From IMG/VR virus record IMGVR_UViG_3300014050_000004, positions 1 to 64,000 of that record: DNA of 64,000 nt. The stretch is one strand, 5' to 3'. Shown here piece after piece: positions 1 through 7,990 of the stretch; positions within the stretch are counted from its first letter, which is position 1; each line of letters opens with the position of its first letter. Position numbers and translations under genes: made by a program. This stretch comes from a virus. Below the pieces are notes generated by a model. That model saw only the letters and a program-made list of their open reading frames with translations, did no database searches and was not told where the DNA came from.

Positions 1-692
1 CTAGTCTCTGAACCTTCCGTCCTCGCCAGGACGGCTTGGCTGCTGATTGCCATGTAAACGAACGTAAGTCTCCAACCATGAAGTTTTTTCTTGTGTCCTT
101 TTATGACTCCTGCAATGTTGCATTTAACAACTCGATCACCAAGGTCCGTGAGAACCTTCTGAAGATCTGTAACAGTTTCTTGAGGCATAATCAGATGAGT
201 TCCAGTTTTCTCGTGTTCCCAGATCATCCTTCTGGATAAAGTTTCTTTGGTAACAGGGTCTTGACGACTGACTCCCACGGATTTACCGTAAGTCCGTCCC
301 ACCTTTTGACGAGATTTAAACTGTTCTTCAGTGTTGGCTGAGCCACCTTTAGATCCCCCTCTTTTACCAAGGGTTGACTGTAATACGGGGTCCCAGAACC
401 CATTTCCTCTTTCCTTTGTAACTTCAATCCTTCGTTCATTCATCACTTTTCTGAACTCTTGGGTGTCATTTTGACGACCTTTGAACATCAGGTAATCCCC
501 TTTTTCGCCATAGGCGATCCAGCGGTATTGATGAAGAAGAATATGATCCTCTACTGAAGCATCCACATTAAGGGGAGAATCATCTGAGGATTGTTTTGTA
601 TGATGAGGTGGTTCGTGATGAAACTCTTTTAGGGTCCCTTCAGGGTACGCCTTATTACGGACGTGATCTAAATATTGCTCATAAATGTTCAT
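1..692 (-). CDS. Intron-encoded HNH-type homing endonuclease, partial (open to the window edge, absent from the ORF track)
   Basis: Hand translation from ATG 692: MNIYEQYLDHVRNK...EFHHEPPHH...SPLNVDASVEDHILLHQYRW...GFWDP...KLHGWRL, with no stop before position 1. Confidence 0.8.
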   Translation of the reverse strand, partial: MNIYEQYLDHVRNKAYPEGTLKEFHHEPPHHTKQSSDDSPLNVDASVEDHILLHQYRWIAYGEKGDYLMFKGRQNDTQEFRKVMNERRIEVTKERGNGFWDPVLQSTLGKRGGSKGGSANTEEQFKSRQKVGRTYGKSVGVSRQDPVTKETLSRRMIWEHEKTGTHLIMPQETVTDLQKVLTDLGDRVVKCNIAGVIKGHKKKLHGWRLTFVYMAISSQAVLARTEGSET

Positions 693-742
693 TTGTTTAG
701 GTTTCCAGCAGTTCACCCGATTTTACATGGCCCTACGGGTTG
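1..742 (-). mobile_element. Group I intron 2 in psbA, inserted after psbA nt 317 (within codon L106); 3' end lies beyond the window start
   Basis: D1 homology stops after DEWL. The 5' splice site follows a U, and exon AUGGCU pairs with intron GGCCAU with a terminal U.G (P1). Core elements GGUGAACUGCUGGAAACC, GGCAAUCAGCAGCCAAG and GGUUCAGAGACUAG are present. Confidence 0.88.
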
Positions 743-880
743 AGCCATTCGTCTAGAGAAGCGGCATCCCAAATGCTGTAAAAATGCAATCCTATCGCAT
801 TTGAACTTGGTACCACTGCACCGGAAATGATGTTATTTCCGTACATAAGAGAACCAGCAACTGGCTCTCGAATTCCGTCG
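743..880 (-). CDS. psbA: psbA exon 2 (D1 residues about 60-106)
   Basis: Translates to [46 protein letters not shown]. Confidence 0.97.
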
Positions 881-1743
881 CGGGAATTCTCTAAGTTTCC
901 TTAGAGGGTGGACTATATCATCACCCTTTGTTTATTCATTAAAGGGGTCGGACGCTAACATGGTATTACGAGAAAAGCGTTTCTCACCCATTAGTCTCTA
1001 GCGGTTCCGCTCACGCTTGAGCGGCTTCCGACGGGATTGCCTTACCATGATTTACCAAAATGGCAGTAATATTCAATGAATGTGTCGGATAGACAAACTC
1101 TGACTTCTAAATCAGGTTTAAGTTTAACCCGCCCAACCCTCAAACCCCATCTCTTTAAAGAGTTGAGTCTTTGAGCATAGTTGGAGTAAAAACTTTTGTT
1201 TTGTCTTTTACACTCATTTCTGGCTTTTTCTCTAACTTTAGGATCCCAGGCGCCTTTTCCTTGCTGCTTGCAGGTTTTATGACACTTAGTTACTCCTTTA
1301 GATCCAGCCCGGGAACGTAGTCTGAAAGCTTCTTCTGCCCCAAACTTTTCATTCCAAGATGAGAATCCATTTCGGTTTTGCCATTCCTTAGACCATACCC
1401 AAAGTTCTTTAACCCTTTGGACTTCTCTCCCGGTTTCTGCAGCCATTTGTTGTGTAGCAATCCAGAAAGACTCTGAATGCCAACCGAAGGCGTGCATTGA
1501 GGGGGATGTGACGTACAAGTGAATGGCTATGTTCCGTCCTCCTTGACTTTTCGGGGGTTGATGGTGCACATGCATTCCCTGCATTTGCTCATCAGTTAAA
1601 CCCCAAGACTCTTTAGCCAAAGACCTGTAATCTTTGACTTCTGGGTAGTACACGAGAGAGACAGATTTATCCATAGCGTAGGTTTCCCCGTTTTCATCCG
1701 ATTTTGTCGACACTCTTACGAGTGAAGGATACCGATGGAATTG
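881..1743 (-). mobile_element. Group I intron 1 in psbA, 863 nt, inserted after psbA nt 179 (within codon I60)
   Basis: Exon ends in U and intron ends in G. P1: GAUAU pairs with GUAUC. P10: CGACGGAAUU pairs with AAUUCCAUCG (9/10). Core GCAAUCCCG, GAGACUA, GAUAUAGUCC and a terminal CUCUAAG-GAAA-CUUAGAG hairpin are present. Splicing restores PPVDIDGIREP. Confidence 0.93.
1042..1674 (-). CDS. Intron-encoded HNH homing endonuclease (likely start MDKSV at 1674; track start 1713)
   Basis: MHVHHQPPKSQGG...SPSMHAFGWH HNH-like motif; lies between the intron P and Q core elements. Confidence 0.85.
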   Translation of the reverse strand: MDKSVSLVYYPEVKDYRSLAKESWGLTDEQMQGMHVHHQPPKSQGGRNIAIHLYVTSPSMHAFGWHSESFWIATQQMAAETGREVQRVKELWVWSKEWQNRNGFSSWNEKFGAEEAFRLRSRAGSKGVTKCHKTCKQQGKGAWDPKVREKARNECKRQNKSFYSNYAQRLNSLKRWGLRVGRVKLKPDLEVRVCLSDTFIEYYCHFGKSW

Positions 1744-1922
1744 ATATCAACGGGCGGCGCTGCGATAAACGCCACAATGAAACAGATTGATGCCGCAAGT
1801 AAGCAAGGAACCATAAGAGTTCCAAACCAGCCTACGTACAACCGATTGTCAGTGGAAGTTACCCACGAACAAAAGCGATCCCACAAAGTTTCTTGGGGAC
1901 GCTGTAAGACAGATGTTGTCAT
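1744..1922 (-). CDS. psbA: psbA exon 1 (photosystem II D1, residues 1-60)
   Basis: MTTSVLQR...[15 protein letters not shown]...FIAAPPVDI. Confidence 0.97.
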
Positions 1923-1934
1923 GAAAAAAGAATT

Positions 1935-2060
1935 AAGTAAGTGATCTCAGGGAAAGATCTGGTTACAAAATCCTTCATCACCCTCAGATGAAGGTAGAAT
2001 GAGAGGCGGATTTAACTTGCCTAGCCTCGGTAAGGGCAAGAGCGTTTTCGACGCTACCTA
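1935..2060 (-). promoter_or_regulatory. Structured psbA 5' UTR, PhotoRC-II-like RNA motif
   Basis: Hairpin CCUUCAUC-UGAGGGU-GAUGAAGG (1972-1994) followed by GAUC-UUUCCCUGA-GAUC, resembling cyanophage psbA leaders as I recall them. Confidence 0.55.
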
Positions 2061-2123
2061 AATACTATAGCCTTGGTAAAGAAACGTAAACCTTGATACT
2101 CCGGGTTGAGGATTAGCCTTTAT

Positions 2124-2900
2124 TCACCCTGCTTTCTTTTTCTCAGCAACCCTTTTCAGGTCTGCCTCACTCACCCCTTTCACCTTGCCCGCACGAATCG
2201 TATCGGCCACCCTGGCGTTTTCCTTCTTGTTAAATTTCTTCAGTTCCTCCTGGCTTTTGAGAACGGACTCCACTGGATCTTTTTTGGTCATCCTGTTCTT
2301 CGGAGGAACCGAAGCTGTCGAGGTCTTGTTGGCCTTATGGAACCTGTCCGAAGCCTTCAAACGAATCATTTGAGCTTTTTCCAAAGCAGCCTCAGCTGCG
2401 TATCTCCTGTTCTGAGCCTCTGGTCCCTTCTTCCCTTTGGTCTCTGCCATCACTTTCTTATGATTCTCCTCTGCCTTTTTCAGGAGGGTCTCTGCCGCTT
2501 TCCACTTGTCTCTAGCCCCCTCAATCTTACTCCGGGTGGCTTCTCTTTGGAGGTCAGCCTTCTCTTGCGTCAATTTAATAGCTTCTCCGTGAAGCTGAAG
2601 AGCTCTGTCGCGGAATCCGTTGCTAAGTTCCCTCTTAGAACGCGAATGGAGATCTTCGATCTTATCCCCGAGCTCTTTGATTTTGCCCGCTTTGTTCAAT
2701 TCCGGTTTACTCTCCGGAGCATCTTTAGCACCTGTCTCGGCCCCTTTCCGGCATTTTCCCCTGGTGCCGTAGGTGCTCCCGTCAGGACGCACACAACGCG
2801 TGAAGTCGTAGGATTCTCCCTCAGCAAAATTCTGCGACTGACTCTGCGCCGTTAAGTATCCATAGATTTCTAGAGCCTCTTCGGAAAAGTATCCTTTCAT
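2124..2900 (-). CDS. FTRC-motif protein with GxF leader and basic coiled-coil C-terminus
   Basis: MKGYFSEEALEIY...NFAEGESYDFTRCVRPDGSTYGTRGKCRKG. Confidence 0.85.
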   Translation of the reverse strand: MKGYFSEEALEIYGYLTAQSQSQNFAEGESYDFTRCVRPDGSTYGTRGKCRKGAETGAKDAPESKPELNKAGKIKELGDKIEDLHSRSKRELSNGFRDRALQLHGEAIKLTQEKADLQREATRSKIEGARDKWKAAETLLKKAEENHKKVMAETKGKKGPEAQNRRYAAEAALEKAQMIRLKASDRFHKANKTSTASVPPKNRMTKKDPVESVLKSQEELKKFNKKENARVADTIRAGKVKGVSEADLKRVAEKKKAG

Positions 2901-2905
2901 TACGA

Positions 2906-3187
2906 TTAGATTGGAGATATATCAGGGTTATACCCTTTTTCTTCGGAATGAATCCAAACCTTCAACCCCAGAACATACTTCCGTAGTGTTTCCGCTTGGT
3001 CAGCATGCCATGTGTTTCCGGTCTGAAAGTGTAGTCTCATATGCTCGTCGATGGCATTGAGACACTGTTTGATAACAGGGTTCCACGGTTCCCGAGTCGG
3101 TGTGTCCCAAGTTCGCCTGTTACCTGGAGGGTCTATCGCAAGCTGTTTAGTCTCTGGCAACGCACCCTCTAAGAGGTGTTCTATCAT
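2906..3187 (-). CDS. Hypothetical protein, 93 aa
   Basis: Overlaps the stop of the upstream gene (ATGA-type coupling); fills the gap in the operon. Confidence 0.75.
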   Translation of the reverse strand: MIEHLLEGALPETKQLAIDPPGNRRTWDTPTREPWNPVIKQCLNAIDEHMRLHFQTGNTWHADQAETLRKYVLGLKVWIHSEEKGYNPDISPI

Positions 3188-4752
3188 AGTTTTCCTTTTT
3201 CGTACATCTCAATCAGGTGTTTCATATCCATCCGAAGATCCTCAGCCCTTCGAGACCCGAACCCATCAAAGGACAAGCGACCTCTGCTGTCGCCCGTCAT
3301 CCTTCTGAACATATCTAGGTAGGTATCTCTAACCTTGCCAGTTTTAAGGTAGTCGCCATATTCTTGATCTACGGCTTTTTTGACCAACTTCAGAAGTTTA
3401 TCTATCTCAGGCTTTCTCTGTTCTCTCCAGCCACCAGCGGCTTTCAATTTCCCCTCGGCTGCAAGGATATTTTTGTACAGAGGCGGTTTCCTGAACTGGG
3501 ATATCATTTCAGTGTATCTTTTTCTAACCTCCTCAAGTTCACCGGAAACTCTTTTCACATCGGACGCCAATTTCTTTCTGCCTGCACCTCCCAACAAAGT
3601 CCTCTTTGAAAGAGATTCATGAATCTGATTCAGATCCTTCAGAGTGTTCGATATATCCTCCAGCCTTCTCTCTGCCACTTGCTCAAGATCTTCCTTCTTG
3701 TTCTTCAAATTGAGCAGGCCTTTTGCCCTTGCAAAAGTTCTTCTATCTTCCTCTTTCGGCAAGAGTTTCCTCAATTCTTGACCTGCTGAGGAAATTGTTG
3801 GGGGTTCTCCCCTATCCTTGAGGTTCTTCAACCCGTCAACTGCCAAAGATAACGCTCCAAATTGCTCCAACTGTTTCACTGTGGGAGAATAAGAAGGATT
3901 ATCAATCTTTGACTTGAAGCTTTCCAGCTTTCTGGAGGCTTTTTCCAAAGGTGTGCTACCACTTGGCAAAGGTTTATTCGGATTGTTCAATGCCACCCTT
4001 GTTCCCTTTCGACATTGACCTGCAGTGCCATAGGTAGTTCCGTTAGGTCTTTCACAGCGGGTGAAATCTTGAAATTCATCATTCTCGGAAAAGTTCCCTT
4101 TTTCTACCTTCCTTGCTACATTAGCCAACCTTGACAAATAGGGATTTTTCTTAAACTCTTTTCCAAGACCCTCAATATCTCCTGAATCTATGATTTTCCT
4201 GATTGCACTGCTACTCGCACCGGAGGAATCTCGAGCTACAGTTGAGGTTTGAACTCCAAGAGACCTGCCAACACTGTTCAAAAACTTTTCTTGATCGGCC
4301 CCCAAAGTAAACAGAACTTTCTCTTTGCCAAACTTCTCTGCCAAATCTGATAACACTCTGGTGGCTGCTGTGCCTTTCGTGATCTTAACTCTAGACAGAT
4401 CTACTCCTTCATCCCTCAGAACGGCCCTAAGCATCTGAGAACGTAAATCTGTGTCCACATTCTCCTTGCCTTTGCCCATGACCACATGGACAATCGGAGC
4501 TTTCTGCAACATGTCCTTTATTAACTTAGCATGGCCACTATGAGGTATATTGAATCTCCCTTGAGTTACCGCAGCTTTGAAAGGATATTGTTTCTTCCCC
4601 TCGAGACCCTTTTTACAGTTCCCTTTTGTGCCATATGCCGAACCATCGGAGCGAACACACCGAGTGAAATCGTATCTCTCCTGTGGATCGGAAAAGTGGT
4701 CTGCAAGTTCACGATACAGATCCAAAGTGTGGTTGTCAAAAGAACCTTGCAT
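3184..4752 (-). CDS. Protein with two FTRC motifs flanking an HxGH nucleotidyltransferase (cytidylyltransferase-like) domain
   Basis: GRFNIPHSGHAKLI, LGADQ and ASSSAIRK motifs; FTRC copies at 4606-4668 and 4003-4065. Confidence 0.88.
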   Translation of the reverse strand: MQGSFDNHTLDLYRELADHFSDPQERYDFTRCVRSDGSAYGTKGNCKKGLEGKKQYPFKAAVTQGRFNIPHSGHAKLIKDMLQKAPIVHVVMGKGKENVDTDLRSQMLRAVLRDEGVDLSRVKITKGTAATRVLSDLAEKFGKEKVLFTLGADQEKFLNSVGRSLGVQTSTVARDSSGASSSAIRKIIDSGDIEGLGKEFKKNPYLSRLANVARKVEKGNFSENDEFQDFTRCERPNGTTYGTAGQCRKGTRVALNNPNKPLPSGSTPLEKASRKLESFKSKIDNPSYSPTVKQLEQFGALSLAVDGLKNLKDRGEPPTISSAGQELRKLLPKEEDRRTFARAKGLLNLKNKKEDLEQVAERRLEDISNTLKDLNQIHESLSKRTLLGGAGRKKLASDVKRVSGELEEVRKRYTEMISQFRKPPLYKNILAAEGKLKAAGGWREQRKPEIDKLLKLVKKAVDQEYGDYLKTGKVRDTYLDMFRRMTGDSRGRLSFDGFGSRRAEDLRMDMKHLIEMYEKGKL

Positions 4753-4774
4753 TCAAATGGTTAAGCTACCACTT

Positions 4775-4783
4775 AGTTTACCC
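4775..4783 (-). promoter_or_regulatory. GGGTAA motif (putative late promoter)
   Basis: GGGTAAACT, 23 nt upstream of ATG 4752. Confidence 0.7.
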
Positions 4784-4801
4784 TTTGGTCACTTTGGTGT
4801 T

Positions 4802-5374
4802 TCATTGGGCTGAGAGTCTGTCGACCCTCCCGATTTCTCTAGGATCCGAAGTAGTTTTCAAATCCTCCGATCCCAACCTTCTCGTCAAGTCTGCAATCGC
4901 TGTGGAATACCTTGCTTGCTCCTTCATCGTAGCAGCATCATCCATTTTATCTTGAAGCTCCCTCAGCCTCATTTGCAGAGTTCTTCTCAGCTTATTTCTC
5001 TTGTCATTCTCAACCCTGAGCATCGAGTTTCTGTCTCTGGTTGCCAGTTCTTCGTCTGTGGCCTTTAGGTTAGATTTCAGATGACCCACTTGCTCTACGG
5101 AGAGCTTATTTTTGACAGCACTCTTGATAGCTCCTTTGACTTGGGAATTCACTTCCTGAAGCTTAGGTGTATCCATATTTGCAATTTGCTGTTCGGTGAG
5201 CTTTCTGTCCATCAGCAAAGGGTCTACCTCAACACCTTTCTTGCATTTACCAGAAGTTCCATAAGCTGTGCCATTTGGACGGAGGCAACGAGTGAAGTCG
5301 TATTTGTCGGAGGCGAGTCTGTCCATAAAGCCAAAGTGTGTAAATAAGGTATACCCTTTTTCAGTCTCAGACAC
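4802..5374 (-). CDS. FTRC-motif protein with coiled-coil C-terminus
   Basis: KYDFTRCLRPNGTAYGTSGKCKKG. Confidence 0.85.
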   Translation of the reverse strand: MSETEKGYTLFTHFGFMDRLASDKYDFTRCLRPNGTAYGTSGKCKKGVEVDPLLMDRKLTEQQIANMDTPKLQEVNSQVKGAIKSAVKNKLSVEQVGHLKSNLKATDEELATRDRNSMLRVENDKRNKLRRTLQMRLRELQDKMDDAATMKEQARYSTAIADLTRRLGSEDLKTTSDPREIGRVDRLSAQ

Positions 5375-5381
5375 TCCGAAA

Positions 5382-6872
5382 CTAAAGACTAAGCATGGTC
5401 AGATGCTTCTTGGCACGAGTCACTTGGACATAGCAGAGATTCTTCTCTTGCGAAATCTCCCAGTCTTTCTTCGCCCAACGGCTGGGGCTGTACTTGTCCA
5501 TGCCCAAAGCGAACACCCTGTTCCACTCTCTGCCCTTCGCTTTGTGAATGGTTGACAAAGTGAGAACTTTCTTCTGATTGCCATCGGAGTCAGAGAACAT
5601 TTCTCTGATGTTGCGAATCAGCTTCTCAATCGAGTCAGAACCTTCGCAGTTGTCAATCAAGATGCGGAGAGTTCCAACTTGATCCTCAATTGTGGCACAC
5701 CGATCGTTTTGGTCCCGGTCTTGAGCCTTTTTGATCTCTGTGTTTTCCCACGCAGAAAGCTTCTCCTCAAGTTGAGCAACGGTTTTAACCCGTTTCCAAC
5801 GCATTGCAAGTTTGACTAGCCCTTCGCCGATTGAGCGACCTTCAACACGGCACGGAATGCTCTCACGAATCAGCTTGTAAGCAAGCTCGACCAAGGGCTT
5901 GGTATTCCGGCACAGGATTGCATCCTCTTCCTTGAAGACCTTGTTTTCAATGGCTTTTTCCACGGTGAGGGAGTCTACAACTCCTTCAGGGGCAGTCTCA
6001 TGGGCTTCAATGTGCTCCACCCACTGCTGAGCCACGGAGACAACACTCTTGGGACACCTGTAGGTTACTGTCAGCGGGAGCTCCGAAGCTTGGAACTCCT
6101 TCTTGATGTTTTCAAGGGAGATGTGATCCGCCCCTGTGAAACCATAGATAGCCTGGTGCTCGTCTCCTACAGCAACCAACCTGCCTCCGGGCTTCATCAT
6201 CTTGCCCATCATAAACCTTCGCACAAAATTGGCATCTTGTGCCTCATCCAGAAACACCCAGTCGTATTTTGTGAACGTCAGGTTGTTGACAAGGGGACCG
6301 TAGATCATATCATCAAAGTCCACAACCTTGCTGAGCAAAGTGTTGCTTCGATCAAGTAATTTTTGAGCTTCTCCGATGGCTTTTGAGTAGGAGGTATTGT
6401 CGGGCAGCAGGTCTTCAAGAGAGTGGTGAGAAATCATTGCATCCCAGCTAAAGGAGGGATCCACTCGGAAACCAAGCTGTTTTGCCATGCTTGCGGCAGA
6501 TATGCAGAAACGTCGGATTCCCCAATCCTCAATGTGCTCCTCTGCGATAGTCTGGAGCTTGCGAGAATCAACCTTCAATCTTTTGTAAGTTGCTCTCAAT
6601 GCCGCGAAGCCGAAGGAATGACAAGTTCCTGTTTGTACCCGGTTTTGCAGCCCGAGGGGAGCTGTTCTCTGAGCGATTTCCTCTGCAATAGCCTTGTTGT
6701 ATGCGCAAAATGCTACATTCCCGGAGGTTTCCGGCAACATGTTGAGCAGCAGGGTGGTCTTGCCACACCCAGCGGCAGCTTTAACAATCAAATTGCCTTC
6801 ACCGTCGCGCACCCAGTTTTTCGCGCACTGTTGCTGGGGAGAGAGGGAGAGGACCATAGGTAGCTTTTGCAT
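5382..6872 (-). CDS. UvrD/Rep-like SF1 DNA helicase
   Basis: AAAGCGKT, DEAQD, VGDEHQAIYGF, STIHKAKGREW and YVQVTRAK motifs. Confidence 0.93.
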   Translation of the reverse strand: MQKLPMVLSLSPQQQCAKNWVRDGEGNLIVKAAAGCGKTTLLLNMLPETSGNVAFCAYNKAIAEEIAQRTAPLGLQNRVQTGTCHSFGFAALRATYKRLKVDSRKLQTIAEEHIEDWGIRRFCISAASMAKQLGFRVDPSFSWDAMISHHSLEDLLPDNTSYSKAIGEAQKLLDRSNTLLSKVVDFDDMIYGPLVNNLTFTKYDWVFLDEAQDANFVRRFMMGKMMKPGGRLVAVGDEHQAIYGFTGADHISLENIKKEFQASELPLTVTYRCPKSVVSVAQQWVEHIEAHETAPEGVVDSLTVEKAIENKVFKEEDAILCRNTKPLVELAYKLIRESIPCRVEGRSIGEGLVKLAMRWKRVKTVAQLEEKLSAWENTEIKKAQDRDQNDRCATIEDQVGTLRILIDNCEGSDSIEKLIRNIREMFSDSDGNQKKVLTLSTIHKAKGREWNRVFALGMDKYSPSRWAKKDWEISQEKNLCYVQVTRAKKHLTMLSL

Positions 6873-6878
6873 ACCTTT

Positions 6879-6907
6879 ATTATAGCGGTTGCCTCACAAA
6901 AAAGCAA
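6879..6907 (-). promoter_or_regulatory. Sigma70-type early promoter
   Basis: TTGCTT (6902-6907), 17-nt spacer, TATAAT (6879-6884). Confidence 0.75.
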
Positions 6908-6909
6908 GG

Positions 6910-6947
6910 GGTTTACCGAACCTTTCCTGTTCGGTTTACCGAACCTT
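6910..6947. repeat. 15-nt direct repeat with an embedded hairpin
   Basis: ggtttaccgaacctt at 6910-6924 and 6933-6947; the minus strand forms GTTCGG-TAAA-CCGAAC. Confidence 0.7.
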
Positions 6948-6948
6948 C

Positions 6949-7965
6949 TTACTCAAGCTCCACGTAGAGGGTGCCATTTTCACCCTTATACACCTTAGTC
7001 ACTGTTTGCTTCGTCCCTGGGGGCAACAATCCTTCCTCCTCCGCCGGGTACTTTGAGAGAGAATGAATGGGAGTCATACTATTACTTCGAGATATGAACA
7101 CCACCCCTCGGTTGGACCCATAAAGAAAGCTTGAAGCTACCTTTTTCTCAGCACTGTACGAACCGAAGCCCTTGTCACTTATTTTGTCCCCCGGCTTGAG
7201 CTTTTCAATCTCGTTATACAAGTCGGCACGGCCAAGAAGGTTCATGCCTCTATAGAATTCCACACCATTCTCGTTCTTAGGTAGTTTTTCAATAGCAGCT
7301 TTCAACTTTTTGTAAGCTTCCTTCGATTCCTTTGTAGAAGTACACTCTTTTGGTCTCCTTAGACATGTGTTTAGAACTTCGTAGCTCCCGGGACCATCTG
7401 TTTCTTTTGTATAAGTGAGTATTGCTTCTCTGTCTTCCTCTGATAAAGGAGCACTCTTTTGTTTACGCGTGCTCTCATCCAGCCAGCGACGCTTTTCTTT
7501 ATCCTTTTGTTCAGCAGTTTTTAACTTATCCTCAATCTCCTGACTGGCAGTTTTTCCTTGTGAGGAAGCCTCATATTTAACCAAGGCATCGGCCACATCT
7601 TTGGACATTTTTGCAGCCTCATCTAATTTCCCTTGACTGACAAGTTCCTGTTGCTTTTTCACCAAAGCAGAGTAATGCTCTTTCGGATCCGCCTCTCTAT
7701 TGGGCGCTGATGCTTGGAGCTCCTTTCGAGCTTCCTCTTTGGTTTTTTCGCCTTCAATAACTTCCAGTGCCAGACGGGCTTTCTTATTTCCTGCTTTGGC
7801 TTTTTCTTGCAAAGTGTTCATAACTTTTGCACTCACTTCCACACCTTTTTTGCACTTCCCTGCTGTGCCGTAAAAGGAGCCGTCGGGTCTCTGACAACGA
7901 ACGAAATTTAGAAAGTCTTGAGTTTCCTTGTTGAAGGATCCCCCAATTGTGGCAATGTTACGCAT
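6949..7965 (-). CDS. FTRC-motif protein with C-terminal VIP2/C2-type ADP-ribosyltransferase
   Basis: R-S-E triad: FYRGM, KGFGSYS, EEEGLLPPG; N-terminal FVRCQRPDGSFYGTAGKCKKG. Confidence 0.88.
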   Translation of the reverse strand: MRNIATIGGSFNKETQDFLNFVRCQRPDGSFYGTAGKCKKGVEVSAKVMNTLQEKAKAGNKKARLALEVIEGEKTKEEARKELQASAPNREADPKEHYSALVKKQQELVSQGKLDEAAKMSKDVADALVKYEASSQGKTASQEIEDKLKTAEQKDKEKRRWLDESTRKQKSAPLSEEDREAILTYTKETDGPGSYEVLNTCLRRPKECTSTKESKEAYKKLKAAIEKLPKNENGVEFYRGMNLLGRADLYNEIEKLKPGDKISDKGFGSYSAEKKVASSFLYGSNRGVVFISRSNSMTPIHSLSKYPAEEEGLLPPGTKQTVTKVYKGENGTLYVELE

Positions 7966-7990
7966 AATGCTCCATTACGACGAGAACTCT

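Noticed and set aside
36-439. Track ORFs 36..239 (+) and 224..439 (-)
   Set aside because: They are shadow frames of the longer homing endonuclease ORF starting at 692.
1716-1922. psbA as a truncated 68-aa pseudogene
   Set aside because: The last 8 residues are intron read-through. Exon 2 resumes at 880 with canonical group I junctions and P1/P10 pairing.
2106-2855. 249-aa plus-strand ORF and the many similar antisense ORFs across the window
   Set aside because: They lie opposite well-supported genes, have no motifs or promoters, and show the Leu/Ser/Phe-rich composition expected antisense to Lys/Glu-rich genes.
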